From an uncultured delta proteobacterium (GTDB lineage: Bacteria; Desulfobacterota; Syntrophia; Syntrophales; UBA2192), in the NCBI GenBank assembly GCA_963828305.1, contig CAWHEJ010000009.1, forward strand, positions 16,984-80,983: 64,000 nt of DNA, given 5' to 3'. The position numbers and the translations under genes were made by a program. Numbering within the stretch: the stretch's first letter is position 1; every line of letters begins with the position of its first letter. Positions 20,443 to 30,673 of this stretch are shown here, one piece after another. Below the pieces are notes generated by a model. The model was not told where the DNA came from, made no database searches, and was given only the letters and a program-made list of their open reading frames with translations.

Positions 20443-21642
20443 TCAGTCCGCTCTTGCCGCATCAATTCTGCAGTACTGCTCGAACTTGTCCCGTCCGAAG
20501 GGGGAATAGGATCGCAGTTCCTTGATGATGGGCGGAAGGACCTCGATGACCCGGTCAATCTCGCTCTGCGTGTTGTAGCTGCTCAGCGAGAACCGGACGG
20601 AACCGTGGACGGCCGTGTAGGGGATCCCCATGGCCCGCAGCACGTGACTCGGCTGCAGCGACCCCGAGGTGCAGGCCGACCCGGAGGAGGCACAGATCCC
20701 GAATTCGTTGAGCCGCAGCAGGATGGCCTCCCCTTCCACGTATTCGAAGCTGATGCTCGTCGTGTTGGGAAGCCGGTTTTCCCGGTCGCCGTTTACGACG
20801 GCGTCGGGACAGCTCTTGAGAAGGGCCGCCTCCAGTTTGTCCCTCAACGCGGCCAGCGGGGCCGTACCCCGGGCGAGTTCCTTCCGGGCCATCTCGCAGG
20901 CCTTGCCGAGGCCGATGATGGAGGCCACGTTTTCCGTGCCCGCCCTTCTTCCCCGTTCCTGGTGCCCGCCGATAAGGTAGGGACAGAACCGCGTGCCTTT
21001 CCTCACGTACAGCACACCGATCCCCTTGGGGGCGTGGAGCTTGTGTCCGGAAAGGGAGATCATGTCCACGGGCAGCTCCTTGAGGTTGATCGGGATTTTC
21101 CCGGCAGCCTGCACGGCGTCCACGTGAAAGAGGATGCCGCGGGCACGGAGCATCTTCCCGATCTCTTCGATGGGAAAGATCACCCCCGTCTCGTTGTTGG
21201 CGTACATGATGGAGACAACGGCCGTCTGATCGTCGATGGACTCCAGCAGGGCATCCATGTTGAGCCGGCCAAGGGTGTCCACGGGAAGATAGGTGACGCG
21301 GTAGCCCTTTCCCGCCAGGTGCTTGCAGAAATTCAGAATCGCCGAGTGCTCCACCCGCGTCGTGATCACGTGCCGCCTTGCCGGGTTGCACTCCACGGCG
21401 CTCATGAGTGCCGTGTTGTCGCTCTCGGAGCCGCAGCCGGTGAAGATGATCTCGTCGGGCTCCGCGCCTATCAGCTCCGCCACCTGGGCCCGTGCCACCT
21501 CGATGCGGCCGTGGATCTGGCCTCCGAAGGTGTGCATGCTCGATGCGTTCCCGTAGAGCTCCGTGAAATAGGGAAGCATGGCCTCCACGACTTCCGGGGC
21601 CACCTGGGTCGTCGCATTGTTGTCGAGGTAGATCGTTTTCAT
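20443..21642 (-). CDS. nifS: Cysteine desulfurase
   Basis: YLDNNATT, ANNETG, SGHKLHAPKG, SSGSACTS. Confidence 0.95.
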   Translation of the reverse strand: MKTIYLDNNATTQVAPEVVEAMLPYFTELYGNASSMHTFGGQIHGRIEVARAQVAELIGAEPDEIIFTGCGSESDNTALMSAVECNPARRHVITTRVEHSAILNFCKHLAGKGYRVTYLPVDTLGRLNMDALLESIDDQTAVVSIMYANNETGVIFPIEEIGKMLRARGILFHVDAVQAAGKIPINLKELPVDMISLSGHKLHAPKGIGVLYVRKGTRFCPYLIGGHQERGRRAGTENVASIIGLGKACEMARKELARGTAPLAALRDKLEAALLKSCPDAVVNGDRENRLPNTTSISFEYVEGEAILLRLNEFGICASSGSACTSGSLQPSHVLRAMGIPYTAVHGSVRFSLSSYNTQSEIDRVIEVLPPIIKELRSYSPFGRDKFEQYCRIDAARAD

Positions 21643-22473
21643 TCCGTCACCACTGTGATGTTCTGGCCGGTTACGTCCTTGAGCCTTTCCTCGATCCCCT
21701 TGATCGTCATGTCGCAGCTGGGGCAGTCGACGCACATCCCTCTCAGGCCGACGATGACCCTGCTGCCGTCAATGTCGATGAGGTCGAGATCGCCGCCGTC
21801 CGCCTTGAGTTTCGGCCGGATCTCGCGCTCCAGAACATCCTGAATCAGGGCCATTTTCTGGATGTTCGTCAGCTTCTTCTTTTCGACGGGCCTTTCCTTG
21901 ATCTCCGTGATGGACCACACCTCTTTCAGGATCTGCTCGATCTCGGGGATACACATGCCGCAGCCGCCGCCTGCTTTCGTGTAGTGGGTGATATCTTCGA
22001 CAGTCTTCAGGTTGTTCTCGATGGCCGTCCTCCGGATCTTTTCCTCCGAGACGTCGAAGCACTTGCAGATGATGTTCTCCTCGGGCCGCAGGACCTTCTT
22101 CTCGCCCCGGTACTTTTGAGATAGCATCCTCGAGGGCCTCCATCCCCATGACGGAGCAATGCATCTTCTCGTCGGGGAGCCCCCCGAGATACTCCGCGAT
22201 GTCCTTGTTGGTGATCTTCGAGGCCTCATCGAGGGTCTTGCCCTTGACGAGCTCCGTGAGAACCGATGAGCTGGCGATTGCCGAGGCGCAGCCGAAGGTC
22301 TGGAATTTCGCATCGACGATGCGGCTTGTGGCTTTGTCGACCTTGAGGCTCAGTTTCAGGGCATCGCCGCAGATGATGCTCCCCACCTCTCCGACGGCAT
22401 CGGGATTCTCGACCTCGCCCACATTCTTCGGCTTCAGGAAGTACTCTTTAACCTTGTCCGTGTATTCCCACAT
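21639..22473 (-). CDS. nifU: Fe-S scaffold NifU (IscU + BFD-like + Nfu domains), frameshifted at ~22114-22117
   Basis: CGD, FGC, KMHCS in one frame; CKCF, GGGCGMC, DGGD..GMCVDC in the next. One extra A in an A4 run explains the split. Confidence 0.9.
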
Positions 22474-22606
22474 ATCCCTCGCTCACTTTCTGAATGATCA
22501 AATTTCAGGTTGCCCCGTTCACACCATGCTTCTGAACGGATCCTTTTTTTAGTTTACCTATACGGCAACCATTGTCAAACGCTCTCTTCAAATTCCCGCG
22601 CCGCTC

Positions 22607-23581
22607 TCAAAGTCCTCCTGGAGGGACCTGTGCCTGGGTGATCCGGCTGTTTGGCGGTACGCTGTCGACAAGCCAGACGTTGCCCCCGATCACCGAACCG
22701 CGGCCAATCGTCACCCGGCCGAGGATCGTGGCCCCCGAATAGATGGTCACGTCATCCTCGACGATGGGGTGCCGGGGAATTCCCTTGATCGGGTTTCCCG
22801 CCTCGTCGAGCTTGAAGCTCTTCGCCCCGAGGGTCACACCCTGGTAGAGCCGGACGTTGCGGCCGATCTCGCAGGTCTCGCCGATCACGACACCGGTGCC
22901 GTGATCGATGAAGAAGTATTCGCCGATCGTCGCCCCGGGGTGAATGTCGATCCCCGTGATGCTGTGGGCGTGCTCCGTGATCATCCGCGGGATGAGGGGC
23001 ACGCCGAGGTCGTGAAGCTCATGGGCCAGGCGGAAGTTCGTGATGGCCATGACCGCCGGGTAGCAGAAGATGACCTCGTCGGAGCTCGATGCCGCCGGGT
23101 CCCCTTCGTATGCCGCTTTCACGTCCTTGGCCAGGCACTTCTGGATTGCAGGAAGCCTTTCCAGGAATGACCTCGTGATATCCCCGGCCCTGTTGTCACA
23201 CACCGGGCAGTGCGTGGATTCCTCCAGGCAGGTGAAGCAGAGGCCGCGCCGGATCTGCTCCCGGAGCGGGTACTGGATGCGGTCCAGCGTGGCGCCCACG
23301 TGATACAGGACACTGTGAACCTTGAGATCGGGGAAGCCGAAGTACCCCGGGAAGAGTACCGAGCGCAGCGCCTCCACGATCTCGACGATCACGTCCCTCG
23401 AAGGGAGCGGCTGTTCGTGGTGGGCCCGCCTCATGACCGGGGAGAGCCCATTGCTCACCGTGCTGAGATCTTTAACCAGCCGGGTGAGCCCCGCATCCTC
23501 TTTGTCCAGGATGGTCACAATCGTCTTATCCTGCTTCTTTGTCTTCATGGCCCTGTCCTTCGATTCTTCAGGCTTTTTCAC
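22607..23581 (-). CDS. cysE: Serine O-acetyltransferase
   Basis: GDPAA, GIDIHPGATIG, FIDHGTGVVIGET, RHP. Confidence 0.93.
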   Translation of the reverse strand: MKKPEESKDRAMKTKKQDKTIVTILDKEDAGLTRLVKDLSTVSNGLSPVMRRAHHEQPLPSRDVIVEIVEALRSVLFPGYFGFPDLKVHSVLYHVGATLDRIQYPLREQIRRGLCFTCLEESTHCPVCDNRAGDITRSFLERLPAIQKCLAKDVKAAYEGDPAASSSDEVIFCYPAVMAITNFRLAHELHDLGVPLIPRMITEHAHSITGIDIHPGATIGEYFFIDHGTGVVIGETCEIGRNVRLYQGVTLGAKSFKLDEAGNPIKGIPRHPIVEDDVTIYSGATILGRVTIGRGSVIGGNVWLVDSVPPNSRITQAQVPPGGL

Positions 23582-24018
23582 GTGATGATCTCTACCGGGT
23601 CATTGGTCCGGACTTCGCCCCCCTTCACTACCTTTGCGAAGACCCCCTCCTTGGGCATGATGCACTTGCCCACTTCCTTGAAGATCGCACAGCCCGTGTG
23701 GCAGGCCTTGCCGATCTGGGAGATCTCGAGAATCACATCATTGCCGACGGCAAGCCTCGTCCCCGGAAGGAGTGTGTAGAGCTCCATGCCCGTCACGGTC
23801 AGGTTTTCGGCGAAGTCGCCCGGGCCCACATTCAGTCCCATGCTTTTCATCTTCTCGATGCTGTCGACGGACAGGAGGCTCACCTGTCGCTTGATCCCTC
23901 TTTCGGCATGTGCATCGTTTTCCATGCCGTAATTCTCCAGGAACATGCCCGACGGGCATGGCGTCTTCCGTACACCTTTTGTATCGCTGATACAGACAGC
24001 GGTGATCTTGCCATTCAT
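23578..24018 (-). CDS. MOSC-domain protein
   Basis: DAHA, RQVSLL, GDFAEN, QIGKACH..C. Confidence 0.9.
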   Translation of the reverse strand: MNGKITAVCISDTKGVRKTPCPSGMFLENYGMENDAHAERGIKRQVSLLSVDSIEKMKSMGLNVGPGDFAENLTVTGMELYTLLPGTRLAVGNDVILEISQIGKACHTGCAIFKEVGKCIMPKEGVFAKVVKGGEVRTNDPVEIIT

Positions 24019-25067
24019 GGTGTCACCTCCCTGATGATTCCCCCGCCCAGGACGATGCCATTGTCATAGAGCACAACGGACTGGCCGGGAGTGACAGCCT
24101 CCTGCGGTTCGTCAAAAACGACCCGGAGCAGATCTTCGTCGAGGGCCACTGTGCACGGGGCTCCCCGGTGGGCATAACGGATCTTCGCGACGGCCCTCTC
24201 AGGCAGATCGTCCACCAGGAGATTGACCCGGTCGGCCACGAGGCCCGGAGCCATGAGATCCGCCTTCCCGCCGACGACGACGCGGTTTTTCCGGGCATCG
24301 ACGCCCAGCACATAGAGAGGATCGCCGGACCAGCCGCCCAGTCTTGCCCGCTGGCCCGTCGTGTACAGGGCGTACCCCCGGTGCTCGCCCAGGATGTTTC
24401 CCTTGCTGTCCACGAATTCGCCGGGTTTCACGTCAATCGACCGGGTCCTGAGGAATTCGCCATATCCCTGATCCGGGATGAAACAGATATCCTGACTTTC
24501 CTCTTTGTCTGAAACGGGGAGCCCGTTGTTGCGGGCGATCTGTCGCACTTCCTCCTTCGTGAGATCAGAAAGGGGAAAGCGGATGCGCGCCAACGCCTCC
24601 CGCCTGATCGCATGCAGAAAATAGGTCTGATCCTTCCGCGCTTCAATGGAACGTTTGAGGAAAGACTTTCCTTCCCTTCTCTCGATCTTTGCGTAGTGGC
24701 CCGTGGCGATATAATCGAACCCCAGGGCCGTGATCCTGTCGAGCAGTGTCCCGAATTTGATATCGCGGTTGCAGGCCACGCAGGGGTTCGGGGTCCTCCC
24801 CCTTTCGTACTCTTCGAGGAAGGGTCTCACGACGCGCTCTTCCAGGTCGGCGGAGAAATCCATGATGTCGTGAGGGATGTCGAGCAGCTTGCAGACCCTG
24901 CGGGCGTCTTCGATCTCCCGGAGCCCGCAGCATTTCGTGCCGCCTTCTCCTGCGGCCGCGCCGAGGCGCATCGTAACCCCCGCAACCTCGTGACCCTGCT
25001 GCTTCAGCAGCAATGCCGCGACGGAAGAGTCCACGCCGCCGCTGATGGCGATAACCACTTTATCCAT
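24015..25067 (-). CDS. mnmA: tRNA 2-thiouridylase
   Basis: SGGVDS, TPNPCVACN, ATGHYA, KDQTYFL, ESQDICF, TPGQ. Confidence 0.95.
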   Translation of the reverse strand: MDKVVIAISGGVDSSVAALLLKQQGHEVAGVTMRLGAAAGEGGTKCCGLREIEDARRVCKLLDIPHDIMDFSADLEERVVRPFLEEYERGRTPNPCVACNRDIKFGTLLDRITALGFDYIATGHYAKIERREGKSFLKRSIEARKDQTYFLHAIRREALARIRFPLSDLTKEEVRQIARNNGLPVSDKEESQDICFIPDQGYGEFLRTRSIDVKPGEFVDSKGNILGEHRGYALYTTGQRARLGGWSGDPLYVLGVDARKNRVVVGGKADLMAPGLVADRVNLLVDDLPERAVAKIRYAHRGAPCTVALDEDLLRVVFDEPQEAVTPGQSVVLYDNGIVLGGGIIREVTP

Positions 25068-25142
25068 TCTTCCACATCCCAGTTTGTATGGCTTGCACCC
25101 CGTGCCCTTTGGAGTAACTTCGTACAGCAGGCTGTCACATCA

Positions 25143-26069
25143 TCAGCCTTCCTTGAACAGCCACGTCGACAGGTACCTCTCCCCCGTGTCGGGCAGAATG
25201 ACGACGATCAGCTTTCCCTCGTTTTCCTTGCGTTTTGCCACCTCGAGGGCGGCCCAGAGGGCGGCCCCGCAGGAAATCCCGACGAGGATCCCTTCCTCCT
25301 TGGCCAGGCGCCGCGCCATGATCCCTGCGTTGTCATTGGAGACCTTCACGATCTCGTCAATGATGGCACGGTCGAGCACCTGGGGAACAAATCCGGCGCC
25401 GATCCCCTGGATCTTGTGGGGGCCGGGCTGCCCGCCGGAGAGGACGGGCGATGCCTCGGGCTCGACAGCGATGGCCTTGAAGGCGGGCTTGCGTTTCTTG
25501 ATCACTTCGGAAATTCCCGTGATGGTCCCGCCCGTGCCGACACCGGCCACGAGGATGTCGATCTTTCCGTCGGTGTCGTTCCAGATCTCCTCGGCCGTCG
25601 TCTTGCGGTGGATATCCGGGTTGGCCGGGTTGTTGAACTGCTGGGGCAGGAATGAATTCGGTGTCGAGGCCGCCAGTTCCTCGGCCTTGCTCACGGCCCC
25701 TTTCATCCCTTCCGCACCGGGCGTGAGAACGAGCTCGGCCCCGAAGATCTGCAGCAGCTGCCTGCGTTCCATGCTCATCGTGTCGGGCATGGTGAGGATC
25801 AGTTTGTACCCCCTGGCCGCCGCCACGAAGGCGAGCGCAATTCCCGTGTTGCCGCTGGTGGGCTCGATGATTACGGAGTCTTTATTCAGAAGGCCGCGTT
25901 TCTCCGCATCGTCGATCATGGCCACACCGATGCGATCCTTGATGCTGGACAGGGGGTTGAAGGATTCCAACTTGACGACGACCTGGGCCTTGATGCCCTC
26001 GGTAATCCGGTTCAGCCTGACCAGGGGTGTTCGTCCGATGGTCTTTGTGATGTCTTCAAAGATCTTCAT
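25143..26069 (-). CDS. cysK: Cysteine synthase A
   Basis: [36 protein letters not shown]. Confidence 0.96.
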   Translation of the reverse strand: MKIFEDITKTIGRTPLVRLNRITEGIKAQVVVKLESFNPLSSIKDRIGVAMIDDAEKRGLLNKDSVIIEPTSGNTGIALAFVAAARGYKLILTMPDTMSMERRQLLQIFGAELVLTPGAEGMKGAVSKAEELAASTPNSFLPQQFNNPANPDIHRKTTAEEIWNDTDGKIDILVAGVGTGGTITGISEVIKKRKPAFKAIAVEPEASPVLSGGQPGPHKIQGIGAGFVPQVLDRAIIDEIVKVSNDNAGIMARRLAKEEGILVGISCGAALWAALEVAKRKENEGKLIVVILPDTGERYLSTWLFKEG

Positions 26070-26155
26070 AATGTCCTCTCGAAAACGATTGCCCGCGCGT
26101 TGAAGCGCCATGGCGCACAGCGGGGGTTGCGATCATCATCAGAGATCCCTCTCCC

Positions 26156-26596
26156 TCAACTGCTGTAGCCCAGGGCGCCATCGCCCCGGTTTTTGTGCCT
26201 CTCCACCATTTTTCCCAGCGTCATGGACTCCAGCGACTGCGATATGTTTTTCGACGTTTCGCTCCAGATTTCGCGGGTGATGCACGATTCGGATCGATTA
26301 CAGGCCGCAGGGTCGTCAACGCAGTCCACCAAGCAGAGAGACCCTTCCAGGATCCGCAGGATTTCACGGAGGTTGATCTCGGCGGGGTCCCTGGCCAGGA
26401 CGTACCCCCCGCGGGCGCCCCGGATCGACTTGATCAAACCCATTGATTTCAGAGGATTTATCAGCTGCCAGAGATATTTTTCCGATATGGCCTGCCTTTC
26501 GGCAATATCCTTCAGCAGCACAGGTCCTTCACCGAAGTGAAGGGCCAGTTCCAGCATGATCCTGACACCATATCTGCCACGTGTTGATAATTTCAT
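26156..26596 (-). CDS. Rrf2-family regulator (CymR/IscR-like)
   Basis: MKLSTRGRYG, RGARGGY, Cys-rich C-terminal segment. Confidence 0.92.
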   Translation of the reverse strand: MKLSTRGRYGVRIMLELALHFGEGPVLLKDIAERQAISEKYLWQLINPLKSMGLIKSIRGARGGYVLARDPAEINLREILRILEGSLCLVDCVDDPAACNRSESCITREIWSETSKNISQSLESMTLGKMVERHKNRGDGALGYSS

Positions 26597-26613
26597 CGTC
26601 TCTCGACAAAAAT

Positions 26614-26642
26614 ATAATCTCTACCTGTTTAATAGACATTAT
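26614..26642. promoter_or_regulatory. Putative Rrf2 operator
   Basis: ATAATCTCTAC-N7-ATAGACATTAT imperfect inverted repeat (9/11) just upstream of the rrf2 start. Confidence 0.6.
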
Positions 26643-26833
26643 GGCGACCATTCCCCACCTGTCAAGAAATAACATTGGATTGGAGCACGAAATGACCACA
26701 CGTTGCAGGCACTGTTGCGGAAATCAAGCACACAGGACTTTTGGCAGCGTCCGGGAGCTGCGATTGACAGACATCGCGAAAAAGTCTAAATATTGAATCC
26801 TTATAATCGAATGAAGACTCACGGTGGGGGATC

Positions 26834-27634
26834 ATGCGAAACATCGATTTGAAAGGTCTGCTGACCAGAATTCGGGAGGAAAGACCCCTGGTGCACAACA
26901 TCACCAACTATGTGGTGATGAATTTCACCGCCAATACCCTGCTGGCGATGGGGGCCTCCCCCGTCATGGCTCATGCGCCCAACGAGGTCGAAGAGATGGT
27001 GTCGCTGGCCAGGGCGCTGGTGATCAACATCGGCACCCTGTCCGACCCCTGGATCGATTCCATGCTCCTGGCCGGAAAGAGGGCCAACAGCAAGGGTGTG
27101 CCTGTCGTGTTCGACCCCGTCGGGTCGGGGGCCACTTCCCTGAGAACAGAGACGACCCGCAGGATCGTCAGGGATCTGGAATTGGCGGTTGTCCGCGGGA
27201 ACGCCTCGGAGATTCTCTCCATTGCATCTTCCGGGACTGTCACCAAAGGGGTCGATTCGCTGCACGACGTGGAACAAGTGGCGGAAATGGCCAAATCCAC
27301 GGCAAAAGAGATCAACTCGGTTGTCGCCGTTACAGGCAAGGTCGATCTGATCACCGACGGGACAAGGGTCATCCGGTGCCGAAACGGCCACCCGCTGATG
27401 GGGAAAGTCACCGGGACCGGCTGCGCGGCAACAGCCACGATCGCAGCCTTCGCCGCGGTTACGCCCGATGCGATGGAGGCTGCGGCGGCCGGGCTTGCCT
27501 TTTTCGGCCTTGCGGGCGAGATGGCCGCAGCCAGGGCGCAAGCGCCCGGGTCGTTCATGATCGCCATGATCGATGCCCTTTACACTCTGAGCCCGGAAGA
27601 TTTTCAGAAGCGGGCCTTGTTGGAGAAAGGCTGA
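26834..27634 (+). CDS. thiM: Hydroxyethylthiazole kinase
   Basis: PLVHNITNYV, INIGTL, DPVG, RGNASEI, VTGTGC. Confidence 0.96.
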   Translation: MRNIDLKGLLTRIREERPLVHNITNYVVMNFTANTLLAMGASPVMAHAPNEVEEMVSLARALVINIGTLSDPWIDSMLLAGKRANSKGVPVVFDPVGSGATSLRTETTRRIVRDLELAVVRGNASEILSIASSGTVTKGVDSLHDVEQVAEMAKSTAKEINSVVAVTGKVDLITDGTRVIRCRNGHPLMGKVTGTGCAATATIAAFAAVTPDAMEAAAAGLAFFGLAGEMAAARAQAPGSFMIAMIDALYTLSPEDFQKRALLEKG

Positions 27635-27647
27635 AAAGGTCGAGGCC

Positions 27648-28295
27648 ATGCGAGATCGCACCATAGACTACTCGCTTTACCTGGTCACGGACCGGAAGCT
27701 CTCGCTGGGCCGGTCCCTTCTCGAAGTAATCAAGCCCGCCGTAGATGGAGGCGTAACGATTGTCCAGTTGCGCGAAAAAGAGGTCGATTCCCGCGAATTC
27801 TACCGGGAAGCACTGGGGATCAAAGAATTTCTGGATAGCCGGGGTATCCCCCTGATCGTCAACGACAGGCTCGACATCGCCATTGCCGTTGATGCCGCCG
27901 GCGTTCACCTCGGGCAGGAGGACCTTCCCATTGACGTGGCGAGAAAAATCCTCGGTCCCGGCAGGATCATCGGGGCCTCCGTGTTCACGCCTGACGAAGC
28001 CATGCAGGCTGAGGCCATGGGGGCGGACTACCTGGGGCTCTCGCCCGTCTTTGTGACGGCGACAAAACCGGAGCTCATGAAACAGATCGGGGTGGAGGGG
28101 ATCGGCCCGATACGACGGGCAACACGGCTGCCCCTCATCGGAATCGGTTCCATGAATGAGACCAATGCCCGCTCGGTCATCCAGGCCGGACTGGACGGAG
28201 TCGCCGTGGTGTCGGCGATCTGCAGCAGGCCCGATGCGTGTGCGGCCGCCGAAAAGATCATGCAGGAGATCCTGCGCGCCCGGGGACAGGTTTAG
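27648..28295 (+). CDS. thiE: Thiamine-phosphate synthase
   Basis: LYLVTD, VQLREK, NDR.DIA, GVHLGQED, TATK. Confidence 0.96.
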   Translation: MRDRTIDYSLYLVTDRKLSLGRSLLEVIKPAVDGGVTIVQLREKEVDSREFYREALGIKEFLDSRGIPLIVNDRLDIAIAVDAAGVHLGQEDLPIDVARKILGPGRIIGASVFTPDEAMQAEAMGADYLGLSPVFVTATKPELMKQIGVEGIGPIRRATRLPLIGIGSMNETNARSVIQAGLDGVAVVSAICSRPDACAAAEKIMQEILRARGQV

Positions 28296-28390
28296 CCGGG
28301 CCCCTCAGGAGTGCGGAAGCAGGATGTGCCCGAAATGCGGGTGCATCCGAAATGCTGAGATCAAACAAGGATGGGGGGAAACGGTTTCAG

Positions 28391-29389
28391 ATGAAGCTCA
28401 AAGAGCTGGGGGAATTCCGGTTCATCGATCGGATCACCGCGGGCTGCCTGGTCCGCAAAGAGGGCGTGATCAAGGCCATCGGCGATGATTGCTGCGTGTT
28501 CAGGACACCGGGAAACAGGGTCACCCTGCTGACCACGGACATGCTCGTCGAAGACATCCATTTTCTCAGGCATGCCATCACGCCTTATGATCTCGGCAGG
28601 AAATCCCTGGCGGTGAACATATCCGACATCGCCGCCATGGGGGGTATTCCCGGGGAGGCGGTGATATCGATTGCCATCCCGGGGACGATCGAAGTGGAGT
28701 ACCTGGATCAGCTCTACGACGGGATGAAGTCCATGGTCCGGCAGTTCGATGTCAACCTGCTGGGGGGCGATACGACCTCGTCACCGCAGCATCTTGTGAT
28801 CAACGTCGCTCTGGTGGGATGGGCTCAGGAGGACGAGGTGCTGTACCGGTCCGGCGCAAAAGCGGGCGACGTGATTTTCCTGACCGGTGCCGTCGGCACA
28901 TCGGCTGCCGGCCTCGATCTGATCCTTTCGGGAAAGAATTTTTCTGATCGGGACGCATTGCTGGAAGCCCACCACAACCCCCTGCCCCAGATCAAGGAAG
29001 GACGGGTCATCGCAGGTCTCAGGGTTGCGAACTCCCTGATCGATGTCTCCGACGGCGTCGCCTCGGATCTGGGCCACATCTGCGATGAATCCCGCGTCGG
29101 TGCGGTGCTGGAGGAAAGCAGGATCCCCGTGACGGATGTCTTCCGGGCCTATTGCAGCGAGTTCAGCCTTGACTGTGAAAAGCTCATGCTCCACGTCGGG
29201 GAGGATTATGTGCTCCTGGGATCGGTGCCTGCCGAATCCGCCGATAAGCTGAGAAACGCCCTCGCGTCGGCCGGCTGCGAATTCCATCCGATCGGGACGA
29301 TCGTCAAAGGCTCGGGGATCACCCTCAGGCAATCCGATGGTTCCACCCGGGAAATCGCGGCAAGTGGCTTCGATCATTTCCGGAAATGA
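28391..29389 (+). CDS. thiL: Thiamine-monophosphate kinase
   Basis: GEF.FI, IGDDC, NISDIAAMGG, GGDT, IDVSDG, GEDY. Confidence 0.95.
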   Translation: MKLKELGEFRFIDRITAGCLVRKEGVIKAIGDDCCVFRTPGNRVTLLTTDMLVEDIHFLRHAITPYDLGRKSLAVNISDIAAMGGIPGEAVISIAIPGTIEVEYLDQLYDGMKSMVRQFDVNLLGGDTTSSPQHLVINVALVGWAQEDEVLYRSGAKAGDVIFLTGAVGTSAAGLDLILSGKNFSDRDALLEAHHNPLPQIKEGRVIAGLRVANSLIDVSDGVASDLGHICDESRVGAVLEESRIPVTDVFRAYCSEFSLDCEKLMLHVGEDYVLLGSVPAESADKLRNALASAGCEFHPIGTIVKGSGITLRQSDGSTREIAASGFDHFRK

Positions 29390-29474
29390 ACCCGGCATGA
29401 CGCCCCCTGGAGAACAATAAAGGCCCCGCTCGTCACGGGGCCCGGTGGGCGAATCTGCGTGCAATCCTGCCGAC

Positions 29475-30615
29475 TCAAAGATTCCGGCTGATGACGAGAC
29501 GCTGGATCTCCGAGGTCCCTTCCACGATCTGAAGAATCTTGCAGGTCTTGAAGTACCGGGATACGGCGTACTCGTTCATGAAGCCATAACCGCCGTGAAT
29601 CTGGAAGGCGTCGCTTGCGCAGCGCTCGGCCATCTCCGAGGCGAAGAGTTTCGCGTAGGCGGCCTCCAGCGTGTGCGGCAGACCGCTGTCCTTGAGCCAG
29701 GCCGCCTTCAGGTACATGTTGCGGGCCAATTCGATGTGCATGGCCATGTCGGCGATTTTGAAGGACACGGCCTGGAAACTGAAGATCGGTTTGCCGAACT
29801 GGACGCGCTCCTTCGCATACTTGAGCGACGCCTCGTAGCAGGCCCTCGCCAGTCCCACGCTCATGGCGGCAATCGAGATACGGCCCGTCTCGAGGACGGC
29901 CAGGTGCTGGGCAAATCCCTTGCCCTCTCTGCCCCAGAAAGTGATCCCGCGGGATGCGGCAGTCTTCGAAAATGCACTCATGCGTTGCGGAGTGCGTCCA
30001 CCCCATCTTGTCGTATTTTTTACCCAGCGTGAATCCGGGGGTCCCTTTCGGCACGATGAAGGTGTTGATGGCATCCCTGCCCGAATCGTCTCTTGTCCGG
30101 GCCGTGATGATGACGATGGATGCATTGTCGAGACCGATGTTCGTGATGAACTGCTTGGTGCCGTTGATGACCCATGCATCCCCTTCGAGCACCGCCGTGG
30201 TCCGGGTCGCAGCCGCATCCGAGCCCGCCCCCGGTTCGGTGAGCCCAAAGGCACCGATCTGCCTCCCCTGGGCCATCGGGACGAGCCACTTGCGTTTCTG
30301 CACCTCCGTGCCGAACACAAAGAGCTCCTGCCCGACAACGCTTGTCGTGACGTCCAGAAGCCCGCCCAGCGTGACGTCCGCCCTCGAGATCTCCTCGATG
30401 CAGAGGTGGAACCCCATCCAGTCCCCTCCGCTTCCCCCGTACTGAGGCGGGAAGGGGATCCCCATCATGCCCAGCCCGGCCATTCGCTCCATAATGTCGT
30501 AGGGGTACTCGCCCGTGGCCTCCATCTCCCCGGCCCGGGGCGCGATGACCTCATCGGCGAACTTTCGGGCCACATCCCGGATCATCTGCTGCTCTTCCGA
30601 GAGACGAAAATCCAT
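29475..30615 (-). CDS. Acyl-CoA dehydrogenase, frameshifted at ~29932-29935
   Basis: FGLTEPGAGSD and NGTKQFITN in one frame; RVQFGKPI, QIHGGYG, EGTSEIQ in the next. One extra G in a G4 run explains the split. Confidence 0.9.
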
Positions 30616-30673
30616 ACTCCCCCCCCCTTTCGGTCGGCAACCGGATCGTTTCATCGCCGCTCGCGCGCCTTCC

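Noticed and set aside
25068-25145. cysK stop TGA-TGA followed by 24 sense codons in frame with mnmA (possible readthrough fusion)
   Set aside because: Both proteins are complete on their own, a tandem stop is the simpler explanation, and such a short open frame is likely by chance.
26645-26833. TPP riboswitch upstream of thiM
   Set aside because: The conserved CTGAGA and CCTGA...GCGTAGGGA elements were not found.
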